Part shown: piece after piece, positions 36,965-46,963 of the stretch
Numbering within the stretch: position 1 is the first letter of the stretch
Layout of the letters: every line of letters starts with the position of its first letter
Source of the DNA: a virus
Lineage: Duplodnaviria; Caudoviricetes
IMG/VR virus record: IMGVR_UViG_3300010153_006010
Span: 1 to 56,029 of that record
Reading direction: 5' to 3' (one strand)
DNA length: 56,029 bases
Program-made: the position numbers and the translations under genes
Notes under the pieces: generated by a model
Told to the model about the DNA's origin: nothing
The model's database searches: none
What the model saw: the letters and a program-made list of their open reading frames with translations, nothing else

Positions 36965-37800
36965 TTTGATTCTCTCTTTCTAATATAAAAATTATTAAGC
37001 ATAATTTTTATAGCGTCAATATCCGGGGTTTTTACCTCGATGTCGTAAAAAATTTCTTCTTCTTGTTTTTCTTGGGAAATATCCTTATATTCTACTTGGT
37101 TAGGATATGAGTGGTACTCCTTATAAGCCTCACATAATTTATGAAGATGAATTTTATAACACTTCTCATTAAATATATACGTGGATTGGCTGCCCAAACA
37201 TGAACTAATTTTTTCAACGACCTCTCGGATGGGGACAAAATATCTAACCATGTCTCTATTGCTAACAGAAATTGGTTTTCCCTGGAGGCGCTGTTTATCC
37301 CAAATGTCCAAAACACTCCCAGTAGAAAAGAAAAAATTAACTCCTTGAAATACTGAGAAGTTGTGGTCTAATAATAGTTTTTCCGTAAGATATTTCGTGA
37401 CTCCGTATACACAAGAGGGATTAGTCGCTTTATCTGTGCTTATTCCTATTACGTTTTTAACATTATTTTCTAAAGCTGCTTCAATAATATTCTTGGTCCC
37501 AATCACATTAACTTCTATAGCTCTCGTTGGGTTTTGTTCACATATTTTAACGTGCTTCATAGCTGCTGTGTGAACAACATAATCGATATTATACTTTCTT
37601 AGTATATGGGAAATTTTATGTTTATTGGTAGAGATATCCAAATTATAGAGATTTAGTTTATTAGTATCGCTGTGAAAATTAATCTCTTGAGAGCGGGATT
37701 CTGAATTTGTTAATCCCACCACATGATGACCCGCCTCAATAAAGTGCGCTACTAATTCTCTCCCTAAAAATCCAGCAGCGCCAGTAATCAAAATATTCAT
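36955..37800 (-). CDS. NDP-sugar dehydratase/epimerase, polysaccharide biosynthesis protein (PseB/CapD-like)
   Basis: ITGAAGFLG, HTAAMKHV..CE.NP..A..VNV.GT, ISTDKA..P..VYGVTK. Confidence 0.85.
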   Translation of the reverse strand: MNILITGAAGFLGRELVAHFIEAGHHVVGLTNSESRSQEINFHSDTNKLNLYNLDISTNKHKISHILRKYNIDYVVHTAAMKHVKICEQNPTRAIEVNVIGTKNIIEAALENNVKNVIGISTDKATNPSCVYGVTKYLTEKLLLDHNFSVFQGVNFFFSTGSVLDIWDKQRLQGKPISVSNRDMVRYFVPIREVVEKISSCLGSQSTYIFNEKCYKIHLHKLCEAYKEYHSYPNQVEYKDISQEKQEEEIFYDIEVKTPDIDAIKIMLNNFYIRKRESKWL

Positions 37801-37812
37801 TAATTATTCCAA

Positions 37813-38568
37813 TTAAAAACAGTTTGCTTCGGCGGGGATGCCGAATTTATTGTTAATTTCATCAAAAATCTCAGACGCAACAGAACTTTCGGTATAAAAG
37901 CCTTCAATGCAACTGTCCCAAGCATAATAGCCCCTTTGGTGTTCCTCTAGATCTATGCTAGTATAACACTGGAGTAGGCTATCTTTTAATTCGGAATCTA
38001 CTTTATACTGATAATATTTGTGCGGGATTGTTAAGTTATTATATTCTATGCCACTGAGTTGCTGACAAAATACGTCATTGACCAAGTGAGTTTTATCGAA
38101 GCGGCGGGCAGCACGCTGACATGGTATCATAGCGAAATATGGTATTGTCATAAAAGAAAAATAAGAAAAAGGAACACTTTCTTTAGAACAATATTCTCTG
38201 ACTACATTATATAATTGTTTATGCTGGATATGTAAGTGTTCATCGCCATAGAAAGAATGAGTAATTATAAGGTCATACCCTATGGATCCTAAATTTTCTA
38301 AACCCTCCTTGATGATTTTTTCGGGGGAACTGATTAAAACGCCTCCAACTCTTACTAAATCATTCTTAAAATGATGCCAAGACTGGATATTTAATTTCCT
38401 CATGACCTCTCTGAAAGAAGATGACCTCGCAGGGTCCAGACCACCGGTCATACACAGAACACTAACATCCACCCCCTCCAGTTGACTTAAAAAATTTAAA
38501 GTTCCGCCGATCCACAATGACTCGTCGTCTGGGTGGGCGACTACAAATAATATTTTCTTATTACTCAT
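37813..38568 (-). CDS. PIG-L/LmbE family N-acetyl sugar deacetylase
   Basis: VVAHPDDE and THSFYGDEHLHIQH motifs. Confidence 0.85.
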   Translation of the reverse strand: MSNKKILFVVAHPDDESLWIGGTLNFLSQLEGVDVSVLCMTGGLDPARSSSFREVMRKLNIQSWHHFKNDLVRVGGVLISSPEKIIKEGLENLGSIGYDLIITHSFYGDEHLHIQHKQLYNVVREYCSKESVPFSYFSFMTIPYFAMIPCQRAARRFDKTHLVNDVFCQQLSGIEYNNLTIPHKYYQYKVDSELKDSLLQCYTSIDLEEHQRGYYAWDSCIEGFYTESSVASEIFDEINNKFGIPAEANCF

Positions 38569-39629
38569 TTATTAAAACCTCTGAGATGTTGAAAAAATAT
38601 AGTAAATTTCTCCATATCCTTTACGTGTCCATTATAATGACGGCTTTTAACCCATGGCAAATTAACATAATGAGCTGGTAGGCGACTTACAAGATCATCC
38701 ACATTCAATAATTCTCCATCAAATTGTTGACCACCGGCAGCGTACAACTGTGTGAAATATTTCTTCAGTAATTTTATCGAAGACTCTTCTCTCAAAAGAT
38801 CGGCTTGAGGTGTTTTGTGGGACTCATATTTTTTATAATTTTCAACCGCATATATGAGAGATTCATGAGCAGTTTCATATGAATCAAATAACACAGAATT
38901 TTCATTAGTTAAGAAATCTAGCGAGCTTCCTTTTTGGTCTTTCCATATCACCGTGGGAAGACCACATAACATCCCTTCAGGTATAACTCCTGGAAATCCT
39001 TCCATTTGGGAAAATAATGTATTAACTTTCGAAGATTGATATAGGAAGGCTAATTGCTTTTTACTCAAGCCCTTGAACTCTAAGTCTTTCCCTAAGCGCA
39101 GAAGAGTAAACATATCACGTTCTGTGTCAGTGAACATGTCATAATATACATCTGCTATATCAACAAAGTGATCTTGAGTTGTCTCTTCATCTCTTGACGC
39201 ACAAACCAGCAAAATATTGTATTGATGCCCTAGAGAATATATTTTTTTAACTTCTCTAAAGAAGGTTTGGAGTTGTTTTACGTTTCCATTTCTGGATACA
39301 TTAATAATGTCCCAATACTTTTGGGCTGTAGGATTTAGATGGAACTTAGAGGAGGTAAAATTACCACTCGCCATGGGGATATGAAATATATGCGGATTTC
39401 TATCACTAATATCTACTACTGAAGGCAATCCCATGTAAAAATCAAAAGCTGGTGGTAGATTAACTCCTTTAGAAAATCCTCCATAATGCACACCTACAAA
39501 ATAATATTCTGTCATCTCTAGAAAGAGATTTTGAGCGTCAGTATTTGTTAAAATCCATCCCGCTTCTTGATGCGTGAGGACAACAATACCTTTATTATGA
39601 GAATCAGGGTGTTTAAATATGTGAGCCAT
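38565..39629 (-). CDS. GT-B fold glycosyltransferase (GT4-like)
   Basis: SQMEGFPGVIPEGMLCGLP (Ex7E motif). Confidence 0.75.
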   Translation of the reverse strand: MAHIFKHPDSHNKGIVVLTHQEAGWILTNTDAQNLFLEMTEYYFVGVHYGGFSKGVNLPPAFDFYMGLPSVVDISDRNPHIFHIPMASGNFTSSKFHLNPTAQKYWDIINVSRNGNVKQLQTFFREVKKIYSLGHQYNILLVCASRDEETTQDHFVDIADVYYDMFTDTERDMFTLLRLGKDLEFKGLSKKQLAFLYQSSKVNTLFSQMEGFPGVIPEGMLCGLPTVIWKDQKGSSLDFLTNENSVLFDSYETAHESLIYAVENYKKYESHKTPQADLLREESSIKLLKKYFTQLYAAGGQQFDGELLNVDDLVSRLPAHYVNLPWVKSRHYNGHVKDMEKFTIFFQHLRGFNK

Positions 39630-39641
39630 GGTTTTTTTATC

Positions 39642-40364
39642 TTATTGCGGGCGGCAATGTAATAAGACAACCTTTCTTGGTTTATTTGGTTCCAAAACAA
39701 TGCCGCCATAATGAAGAATGTCAGTATGAACGATTAAAAGGTCGCCCACGCCACCATCATACGAAACAGCATCCTCTTGTTTATATTTTGGATTATCGTC
39801 ATAATCACTAGGTTGGTGCTTACAGCCATTGTTCCAACCAGTTAAATCATGGAGATCCATTTTTTCAGTTCTATACCGTGCACCTTCAGAAATACTCCCA
39901 GGAATAGCATGGAAAGAACCATTGGCGGTATCTGTTTCAGAGAGATAAAGGATAAATTTTAATGATTCGTATGGATCAAAATGAAGCAGCGCATTTCTGG
40001 GATAAGCCTCTTCATTAACCAGAGGGTTATATTCAGTTGACATAAAGATTTGCATACCATATTTGTGCTCGCCTAAACACCCATGCGCTATCTCTTTTAA
40101 CGTCTGATTTTCAAATAAGTTATGAATGTTAGGTATAGTGATATAGGCGGGGGGCTGTACCCTAAGATGCTTTCCTAAATCGTAAGAGCCCGGCTCTTCT
40201 AGTTCGATATAATTTGGCTGATTTAAATAAGCCTGAGTTCTGTTTGGGATATTCGAAAAGATTGTATCGAATTCCTTAAGGACTGGATCAGGTTCTTTTA
40301 AAAAATTGTTGACAACATATATGCCATCTTTATTTACTTGTTCTATAATTTTATTAGTATTCAT
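39642..40364 (-). CDS. 2OG-Fe(II) dioxygenase, PhyH family
   Basis: LHFD (HxD), LKFILYLSET..NGSF..IPGS, GDLLIVHTDILHYGG...R. Confidence 0.8.
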   Translation of the reverse strand: MNTNKIIEQVNKDGIYVVNNFLKEPDPVLKEFDTIFSNIPNRTQAYLNQPNYIELEEPGSYDLGKHLRVQPPAYITIPNIHNLFENQTLKEIAHGCLGEHKYGMQIFMSTEYNPLVNEEAYPRNALLHFDPYESLKFILYLSETDTANGSFHAIPGSISEGARYRTEKMDLHDLTGWNNGCKHQPSDYDDNPKYKQEDAVSYDGGVGDLLIVHTDILHYGGIVLEPNKPRKVVLLHCRPQ

Positions 40365-41182
40365 TTTCTAAGGGTCCCTTTTTTCGCTAACTCACTTTGG
40401 AGGAGCACTCTAGGCTCTTTATTGCCCAAGGAAAGCTCTATATCTCTAATGCCCTTGACAAGTTTAAGAAGCCCATGCGGCTCGACAGAAGCCAACTGAT
40501 CGCTGCCCCACATTGTTCGGTCTAAGGTCACATGTCTTTCAACCCAATTTGCCCCCATTGCGGTGGCGGCGAAAGTAGTCACCAAGCCGTATTCATGACC
40601 ACTATAGCCTATTTCTGCGTTTGGCCATTTATCTTTCAAATATAAGATATAATTAAGATTAAGTTCAGCAACTGGGGATGGGTAACAGGAATTAGTATGC
40701 ATGATCACATCCGGGTTACAGGTTGTAATACATTTTTCTATTTCCTCTTCCGTGCTCATTCCCGTGGAAATGATAAGCTTATCAAAATTTTTCCTTACGT
40801 GGCGACATAATTCTAAATCCGATATTAGAGCGGAAGGTATTTTAGCAATATTGGTATACTCCCGCATAAATCTGGACGAATCAACATCCCATACAGACGC
40901 AAAACATTCTATATTTCGGTCTTTACAATAAGCAAATATCTCATCATACTCTTTCTTTTCGAACTCTATCTTTTTTTTATAATCAAGATAAGTCATCTCT
41001 CCCCAAGGAGTTTCCCTTATTTTGTTTTTTTGGTGCTCCGGAACACATATATCAGGAGTTCTTTTTTGAAACTTTACATAATCACACCCTGCTAATACAG
41101 AGACATCTATAAGCTTTTTCGCTATATCCAGAGACCCATTATGATTGATGCCTATCTCAGAAATAATTGAACATTTATTCAT
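40361..41182 (-). CDS. neuB: N-acetylneuraminate/nonulosonate synthase (NeuB family) lacking the C-terminal AFP-like domain
   Basis: SEIGINHNG, VKFQKR, KIPSA, ISTGMS, GYSGHE, ERHVTLDR..WGSD. Confidence 0.92.
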   Translation of the reverse strand: MNKCSIISEIGINHNGSLDIAKKLIDVSVLAGCDYVKFQKRTPDICVPEHQKNKIRETPWGEMTYLDYKKKIEFEKKEYDEIFAYCKDRNIECFASVWDVDSSRFMREYTNIAKIPSALISDLELCRHVRKNFDKLIISTGMSTEEEIEKCITTCNPDVIMHTNSCYPSPVAELNLNYILYLKDKWPNAEIGYSGHEYGLVTTFAATAMGANWVERHVTLDRTMWGSDQLASVEPHGLLKLVKGIRDIELSLGNKEPRVLLQSELAKKGTLRK

Positions 41183-41194
41183 TTATAACCCTTG

Positions 41195-41827
41195 CTAAAA
41201 ATTTAGTTTTTTATAATCTTCTAGTGTGTCAACATCGACAACATCGCTTATGCGATAAAAGATCGTGTCCTCATTATACAAGTTATCATTGAGTCTGTCA
41301 AGGTGGTCGGCATTAAAAATACAAATATAGTGACTCAATCTAAAACAATTTGGATAATCTTGACGGCGGTAAAGATTATGGGCGACAACTTGTTTGCCCC
41401 GATTATCGCCCACAGACTCTAAACACAAATAAGGGTGATCAATTATTTCATGACGACATAATAAGCTATAAGCCTCACATTCAGCGTAATAATCGTAAAT
41501 ATTCTTTATATCAGTAGTTTTTCTTTCAGGATACGTCAAATATAAAAGAATAATATCCGCCGAACTTATGCCTTTGTCTTTTATTATTTCTCTCACAGCT
41601 TCCTTCATAGATGCTGTATCACTGCTATTGTATGAACTTCTAATGTGAACGTCTATACCGAATTTATGGGACATCTTGATAATTTCTTGATCATTAGTGC
41701 TCACAATAACATTGGCATATTCTTCTTTTGGGATTTGCTCTATAGTATATTTGAACAACTTCCTATTCTTATCAGGAAAACCCTTAGAACCAGAGCGAGC
41801 AGGAATTATATAAATACGTTCATTCAT
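41195..41827 (-). CDS. neuA: CMP-nonulosonate (acylneuraminate) cytidylyltransferase
   Basis: [32 protein letters not shown]. Confidence 0.88.
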   Translation of the reverse strand: MNERIYIIPARSGSKGFPDKNRKLFKYTIEQIPKEEYANVIVSTNDQEIIKMSHKFGIDVHIRSSYNSSDTASMKEAVREIIKDKGISSADIILLYLTYPERKTTDIKNIYDYYAECEAYSLLCRHEIIDHPYLCLESVGDNRGKQVVAHNLYRRQDYPNCFRLSHYICIFNADHLDRLNDNLYNEDTIFYRISDVVDVDTLEDYKKLNF

Positions 41828-42419
41828 ATAAAGTAATTCTTCCTTCAGTGTGTAATGATCTAATTTTTTGCTCTTCTTTATTCTTTGCGTGGTTTTGTTC
41901 GTAAGGTATTACACTCTCAAAATAATGAAATTTTGCTGGGTCCTGGAAAAAAGAAAACCCATAACAACTTACTTTGTCAAAGTTCTCTAGTGCATACTGT
42001 ATTCCCAAATAACCCATTGTTGGGTCGCCGCCCAATTGAGATGAGTGTTCTTTTAGCCACTCGTCCGAAATATGCTGGATTTTATTGCCACGATTGATCA
42101 AATCATTATAAAGCGATGATTTACTATTAAAATTCGGGAGTGATTTGATCCATAATTCCTCATTCCTCATTTGGTTTATAAATTCATTATCATACTCTGG
42201 GAAGTATTTCGTATGTTCCTTGAGGTGTAACTCATCTAGAGCACACAAAATCGGATGACAGTTCATGAACCGAAGTGTTCTCTTAGAGCCTACAAACTTT
42301 TCATAACCAGTAGTTTCGGCGATGTTAAATCGGACAACTACATCATGAGAATCAATTTCTTCCCCGTTTTCCTTCTCTAGTATAATTGGTGAATTACCTA
42401 CAACAGCACACGAAATCAT
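41820..42419 (-). CDS. GT29 family sialyltransferase-like protein, soluble
   Basis: Sialylmotif L (CAVVGNS.......[15 protein letters not shown]...[11 protein letters not shown]), S ([17 protein letters not shown]), motif III (HYFE), VS (HAKNKE). Confidence 0.85.
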   Translation of the reverse strand: MISCAVVGNSPIILEKENGEEIDSHDVVVRFNIAETTGYEKFVGSKRTLRFMNCHPILCALDELHLKEHTKYFPEYDNEFINQMRNEELWIKSLPNFNSKSSLYNDLINRGNKIQHISDEWLKEHSSQLGGDPTMGYLGIQYALENFDKVSCYGFSFFQDPAKFHYFESVIPYEQNHAKNKEEQKIRSLHTEGRITLYE

Positions 42420-42422
42420 TTT

Positions 42423-42800
42423 TTACCTCTCTAAAATCTTCTTAAATTCTTTATAGTCTCGAATATAGTTGTCTTCTGTATATTTGGAATTAGCAAAAAC
42501 CAACAGAGAAGTATTAGATTCTATATATTCTAATATGAGCCATTCCAACTCTTTTTGGTGATATACTTCACCTCGGTTCATGGTGAACTTGACGATACCA
42601 GATCTATCTTCCTTAGTGACATTTACAGAACCGTTTAGACAGATTAGATAATGTTCTTCGTTTTGGTGGGCATGATTACCACGGATGTCTCCAGGCTCAA
42701 CATTTTGAACGAAAAAGAACCTCTCTGGCTTAAATGGTAATCTATCTATTTCACAAGGAATTAAAAACCCATTAGAATTTTGTTTAACTTCTAGTTGCAT
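42423..42800 (-). CDS. dTDP-4-keto-6-deoxyhexose 3,4-ketoisomerase (FdtA/QdtA cupin)
   Basis: LPFKPERFF....RGNHAH...LICLNGS...LLVFAN..Y....YIRDY. Confidence 0.85.
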   Translation of the reverse strand: MQLEVKQNSNGFLIPCEIDRLPFKPERFFFVQNVEPGDIRGNHAHQNEEHYLICLNGSVNVTKEDRSGIVKFTMNRGEVYHQKELEWLILEYIESNTSLLVFANSKYTEDNYIRDYKEFKKILER

Positions 42801-43719
42801 TTTCTTTCACCAAATTAATAACTTTATTCACCTCTTGATTTGTCATCTTTTCGTGAAATGGGAGTGATATAGTAGTGCGCCCTTCTTCTGAAGAATAGGG
42901 GAGATCTAAATAATCAACAAAATTGGGGTTATAAATTGTATTCTCATGTAAAGCGCCATAATGGATGCCAGTTTGTATTCCGTCTTTTCCCATCAAAGTT
43001 ATAAGCTCACCCCTGTTAATAACGTTTATTCTATACAAATGGTTGCTAGTATTATTTAACCCAAAAGATTTATCATAAACTGCTCTGATTTCGGATAGTC
43101 TATTGTTTTTCTCATCAAGAATTTCTAAATTACGTGTGGCGATAAAAGCCTGTAAAGAATTCATATACATTTTATATCCTGGGAATTTGATCTTTCTATC
43201 CCAATTGTGTTCTGAGAAGGTCATACCATTAAGAGTTGATTCCTTAAATCTTTTTATTTTTTCCCAATCATTAGATACTATGATTCCGCCGTCGCAGGAC
43301 CCTACTGGTTTCGTCGGGTAAAAACTGAAGATCATTAGATCTTCATCGTTCGCCTCGGTGGAGAATTGATTTCTTTCAACTTTCTGTGCTGAATCTATTA
43401 CTTTATAATTGTCAAACTCGTGTAGGACATAAGAGCCCCCGACCCAGCCTACATTATCTACAAAATTTATCTTATTTCCTCCAGTAATAAGTCCATTACA
43501 AACGACAGGCGGGATAATAGAGGGAACATTCACCGTGAGCATCTTATTAAGAAATATTAAAAAGATTGCGTTTGTCGCACTATTGACAGAACACGCATAT
43601 TTTGCGCCAACATATTCACAAAACTTATTCTCAAAATTGTCTACCACCTTGTCGTGTAAAAGGTGAGAAAATTTAGATGTGTCTATGGTGTACGAAGGCA
43701 CATTAAATAGACTTATCAC
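42784..43719 (-). CDS. DegT/DnrJ/EryC1/StrS PLP-dependent sugar aminotransferase
   Basis: VNSATNA, DSAQ, SFYPTKP.GSCDGG, GIHY, ISLPFH. Likely GTG start at 43719 (GTGA overlap). Confidence 0.88.
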   Translation of the reverse strand: MISLFNVPSYTIDTSKFSHLLHDKVVDNFENKFCEYVGAKYACSVNSATNAIFLIFLNKMLTVNVPSIIPPVVCNGLITGGNKINFVDNVGWVGGSYVLHEFDNYKVIDSAQKVERNQFSTEANDEDLMIFSFYPTKPVGSCDGGIIVSNDWEKIKRFKESTLNGMTFSEHNWDRKIKFPGYKMYMNSLQAFIATRNLEILDEKNNRLSEIRAVYDKSFGLNNTSNHLYRINVINRGELITLMGKDGIQTGIHYGALHENTIYNPNFVDYLDLPYSSEEGRTTISLPFHEKMTNQEVNKVINLVKENATRS

Positions 43720-44507
43720 TGCTTTAATCCCATATAACAAATCCAAGTGTAGGAAGGGGCCTCTTCTAAGTATGTAGGATATTTATCGCCTGTATCTAAA
43801 TCTAACAAAGGTGGAGGGGAATTATATGTATCATCGTCCCAAGTGTCTCCCCACCTTGTATTGGGAATTTTATATATGGGCGGCATCTCTTGATAGACCT
43901 CTACTCTATCATCAAACGCTTGATACGCTGCGTATGAATATTTATGATGAGTTCTATCCCCGGCGTGGTCCATGATATAATCCCTACAAGCTAATATTTT
44001 TTTAGGAGAAAAAGTATCTCCTTGTGTTGTTGGATAATTATCTTCATATAAAATGTGTTGGATGCCGAGGCCATGTACATATTCCAGGCGCTGTAAAAAA
44101 TCCTGATGATCATCTAGGAACAAAAGTATGTCGTTTTTAGATATATTTTCTTCTGTTTCCATCTGAGAAAACAAATCGTCCCAATCATATGATGTCATAT
44201 CTTGGTCTAAATAAATCGCTTTATCACTTTTATATATAAGATGTTGATAAGTTATATCAATAGAGATTATTTTAGCCTCGGGCACTGCTTTTTCTATTAT
44301 CCAAGTTCCGAGACCCTTCCACACACCGCTCTCTATGACAACTTTAGGTTGTAATTGCTTCAAGGCATACCATGTATTAAACAAATGGGGTGATTTCATC
44401 CCTCCTTGATTATCTTTGATGGGTCTTTCCGCATAAATACTGTAAAACTCATCTAGACTATTTTTTACTTGTTCGAAATCATCATATTTTATCATATTGT
44501 TCTTCAT
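43716..44507 (-). CDS. Methyltransferase-fold hypothetical protein
   Basis: LQPKVVIESGVWKGLGTW (SAM motif I-like), IISID, FLDDH, YEDNY. Confidence 0.6.
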   Translation of the reverse strand: MKNNMIKYDDFEQVKNSLDEFYSIYAERPIKDNQGGMKSPHLFNTWYALKQLQPKVVIESGVWKGLGTWIIEKAVPEAKIISIDITYQHLIYKSDKAIYLDQDMTSYDWDDLFSQMETEENISKNDILLFLDDHQDFLQRLEYVHGLGIQHILYEDNYPTTQGDTFSPKKILACRDYIMDHAGDRTHHKYSYAAYQAFDDRVEVYQEMPPIYKIPNTRWGDTWDDDTYNSPPPLLDLDTGDKYPTYLEEAPSYTWICYMGLKQ

Positions 44508-45109
44508 TGTGCTTCATCCTTTCGAAACAGAAATGTGCGGTGGTTGCTATTATATGGGAACGATTGACACTCTTCCACAAGCCCAAACCCATTAAATCTA
44601 AATGTATTCATCAAATTTTCATAATTCAATATTGTTTTGATAGTCGGAAGGTTGCCATATGTTGTGTAATTGTCAAGATGAGTTTCCGTATTTGTTATTT
44701 CTTGGCGATGAATTAAAATATCACCTTCACTATGAAGTAATATTTTATTAAGTATAATATACCATTCCGGCACTTCACTGAGAAAACTGTTCATCAATAT
44801 TAAGTCATACTGTTTAGTAAATTCAAAATTGGTTTCATTGGCATCGATAGATATATATTTTCCCGAAGGGTTGGACACCTTAGACACTTTCTCTATGATG
44901 TGAGGTAAATCGGCTCCGGTATAGTCCCACTGAGGAAAAGCCGCAGAAGCTTCGGCAGTGCCACAGCCGATGTCCAACAAAGTTCTTCCGTCGGATAGTT
45001 CCACACATCGACTAAGAGAGGCAAAATGATCTGATTCTTGTAAAGGTCGAAAGCCCGCAGTTAACATTGATGTGGGAAGAGCGTCGGTGTTATACCAAGC
45101 TGTTTTCAT
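44504..45109 (-). CDS. Class I SAM-dependent methyltransferase
   Basis: LLDIGCG, YTGAD, YDLILMNSFL. Confidence 0.8.
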   Translation of the reverse strand: MKTAWYNTDALPTSMLTAGFRPLQESDHFASLSRCVELSDGRTLLDIGCGTAEASAAFPQWDYTGADLPHIIEKVSKVSNPSGKYISIDANETNFEFTKQYDLILMNSFLSEVPEWYIILNKILLHSEGDILIHRQEITNTETHLDNYTTYGNLPTIKTILNYENLMNTFRFNGFGLVEECQSFPYNSNHRTFLFRKDEAQ

Positions 45110-45995
45110 GATTATCTAACTCCATATCTATTCTCCTTTTCAGGGAATTCATATTTTTGGCTATAGCTTGGGGGTGTCTACCTTCGAACTCTGCCGTATA
45201 ACATTCACCTCTATATTCAGCCTTGAATTCGTGTACTCCTTCATATTCTTTTTCTAGGTGGTACCTTTCGAATGGTTCAAGTTTCATCCACGGTAAATAA
45301 ACCCTATTATAATAATCGTCTATACACTTAGACATGCTTACTTTGGCTTTATAATATTCAATCTTGTTTTTTACCTGTTTTGGAAAAACGTAAGAATAGT
45401 GATACATCTCAATGCCGGTTGTTTGATACAGTGTCTCGCTATCTATGTGTTTCTTTGTGATAGATGAAGAAGTGGGGTATTTTATAGTAGGAGGACGGTG
45501 AGTTAGCCAGGTACTTCCAGGAGTAACCCTAAACACTCTTAAAAAATTATCCCTGTTTAACTCAAAACCTGTTAGATAATTGTCAAAACCGCCGTAAAAA
45601 CTTTTACTTCGAACACCTACACTGGTTGGTTTCACCTCGTCGAGAAAATCTAACATTTTTTCTATGTCGGATTGTAGATATAATTCATCACTGTCTAAAT
45701 TCCACAGATAATCTATGTCATCCCTCAAATGAGATAGATAAGCGTTACACTGCTCATCTTTTTCTTTATATTGACCATGTACAATTTGAATTTTATTATC
45801 AGGGTCTGGAAAATTAGTTAATATTTCGTTAGTCCTATCAGTAGAAGTTGTTCTCCCACGATCTTGCCAATATTTTACGGGACCCTCGGCGATTAAAATT
45901 TGTGTAGCATAAGGGTAAACCTGTTCGAGACATTCTTGGAGGACATAATCCCCCTCAAAGACTATCATTCCGAATGCTATTTTTGGTTTTGTCAT
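45090..45995 (-). CDS. GT-A fold glycosyltransferase (GT2-like)
   Basis: MIVFEG, STDRT, YLWNLDSDE (DxD), HYSYV. Likely start MTKPK at 45995. Confidence 0.75.
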   Translation of the reverse strand: MTKPKIAFGMIVFEGDYVLQECLEQVYPYATQILIAEGPVKYWQDRGRTTSTDRTNEILTNFPDPDNKIQIVHGQYKEKDEQCNAYLSHLRDDIDYLWNLDSDELYLQSDIEKMLDFLDEVKPTSVGVRSKSFYGGFDNYLTGFELNRDNFLRVFRVTPGSTWLTHRPPTIKYPTSSSITKKHIDSETLYQTTGIEMYHYSYVFPKQVKNKIEYYKAKVSMSKCIDDYYNRVYLPWMKLEPFERYHLEKEYEGVHEFKAEYRGECYTAEFEGRHPQAIAKNMNSLKRRIDMELDNHENSLV

Positions 45996-46884
45996 GTGCT
46001 TCCCTGAGATCATTATAATATTGATCTGCTATAAGTTTAATAAATTGTTGCTGGTGCGCTGAATGAGTTGGTTCTTTGAGGAACCCATGGCGTGGAGCTA
46101 GTTCATATGAATTTATATCATACTTTGGTTTAAAATTTGAAAAATGGCAATACAATAATTCTTGCTCTTTTTTATTCCAGACTATTTTATTATTTGTATA
46201 TCCATGATAATTGAAATTCCACGGAGCTAAATGACCTATATCCTCATCTAGGACTTTAACGTTGGTGGATAATTGTTCAAATACTTCTAGATATTTTTGA
46301 TCGCCGCAGGTGCCATGAGTTTGAAAATATTCATTATCATGTCTTAAAAGACAATTTTTCCACCATGTTAAAACTTTATATCCCTCGAAATCATTTTTAA
46401 AATAGACTATACCAACATTATACTTTCCATTAACTGGGTTATAGGGACATCGATGTTCTACTATTCCCACACTACAATCTTCTACAGATTTTTCAAGGTC
46501 TTCTAGTCCTCGGAGAAAATAAATATCTGAATCTATGTATAAAATATCATCTACTTCTAAATTCTCTAAACACCACCAACTAAAATAGGAAGCAAGTGCC
46601 CAAAGAAATTGTAATTTTTGTGCTTGAAGAAAATCGTTTCCAGTGTTTAGCAAAGCCTCCCTTGATGGTGGGTTCGAGCGAGCAGTTCGTAAATTAACGT
46701 CTTCTCTTAATAGATCTGATATCTTATACTTCTTTATATTTGGTTCATTACATTTTCTATATATCTCGTCATCTACACACAATAAATGTAAAACGTAATT
46801 TTCCTGATGGCGCTTCAATGAGGTATTAAGAGCTAATACCTTTTCTGTGAAGTTGTTATCAGCTAAGGTACAGAAATTATTCAT
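45955..46884 (-). CDS. GT-A fold nucleotide-sugar transferase
   Basis: FCTL, YIDSDIYF (DxD), YNVG.VYF, GDQKYL, LAPWN, YCHFS. Confidence 0.75.
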   Translation of the reverse strand: MNNFCTLADNNFTEKVLALNTSLKRHQENYVLHLLCVDDEIYRKCNEPNIKKYKISDLLREDVNLRTARSNPPSREALLNTGNDFLQAQKLQFLWALASYFSWWCLENLEVDDILYIDSDIYFLRGLEDLEKSVEDCSVGIVEHRCPYNPVNGKYNVGIVYFKNDFEGYKVLTWWKNCLLRHDNEYFQTHGTCGDQKYLEVFEQLSTNVKVLDEDIGHLAPWNFNYHGYTNNKIVWNKKEQELLYCHFSNFKPKYDINSYELAPRHGFLKEPTHSAHQQQFIKLIADQYYNDLREAHDKTKNSIRNDSL

Positions 46885-46963
46885 AATCTATTGTTCTCAG
46901 CTTATGTTTTTAAAATAACACAAATAGCATCCCATAAATGAACCGACAGAGTGTTACTGGTCT

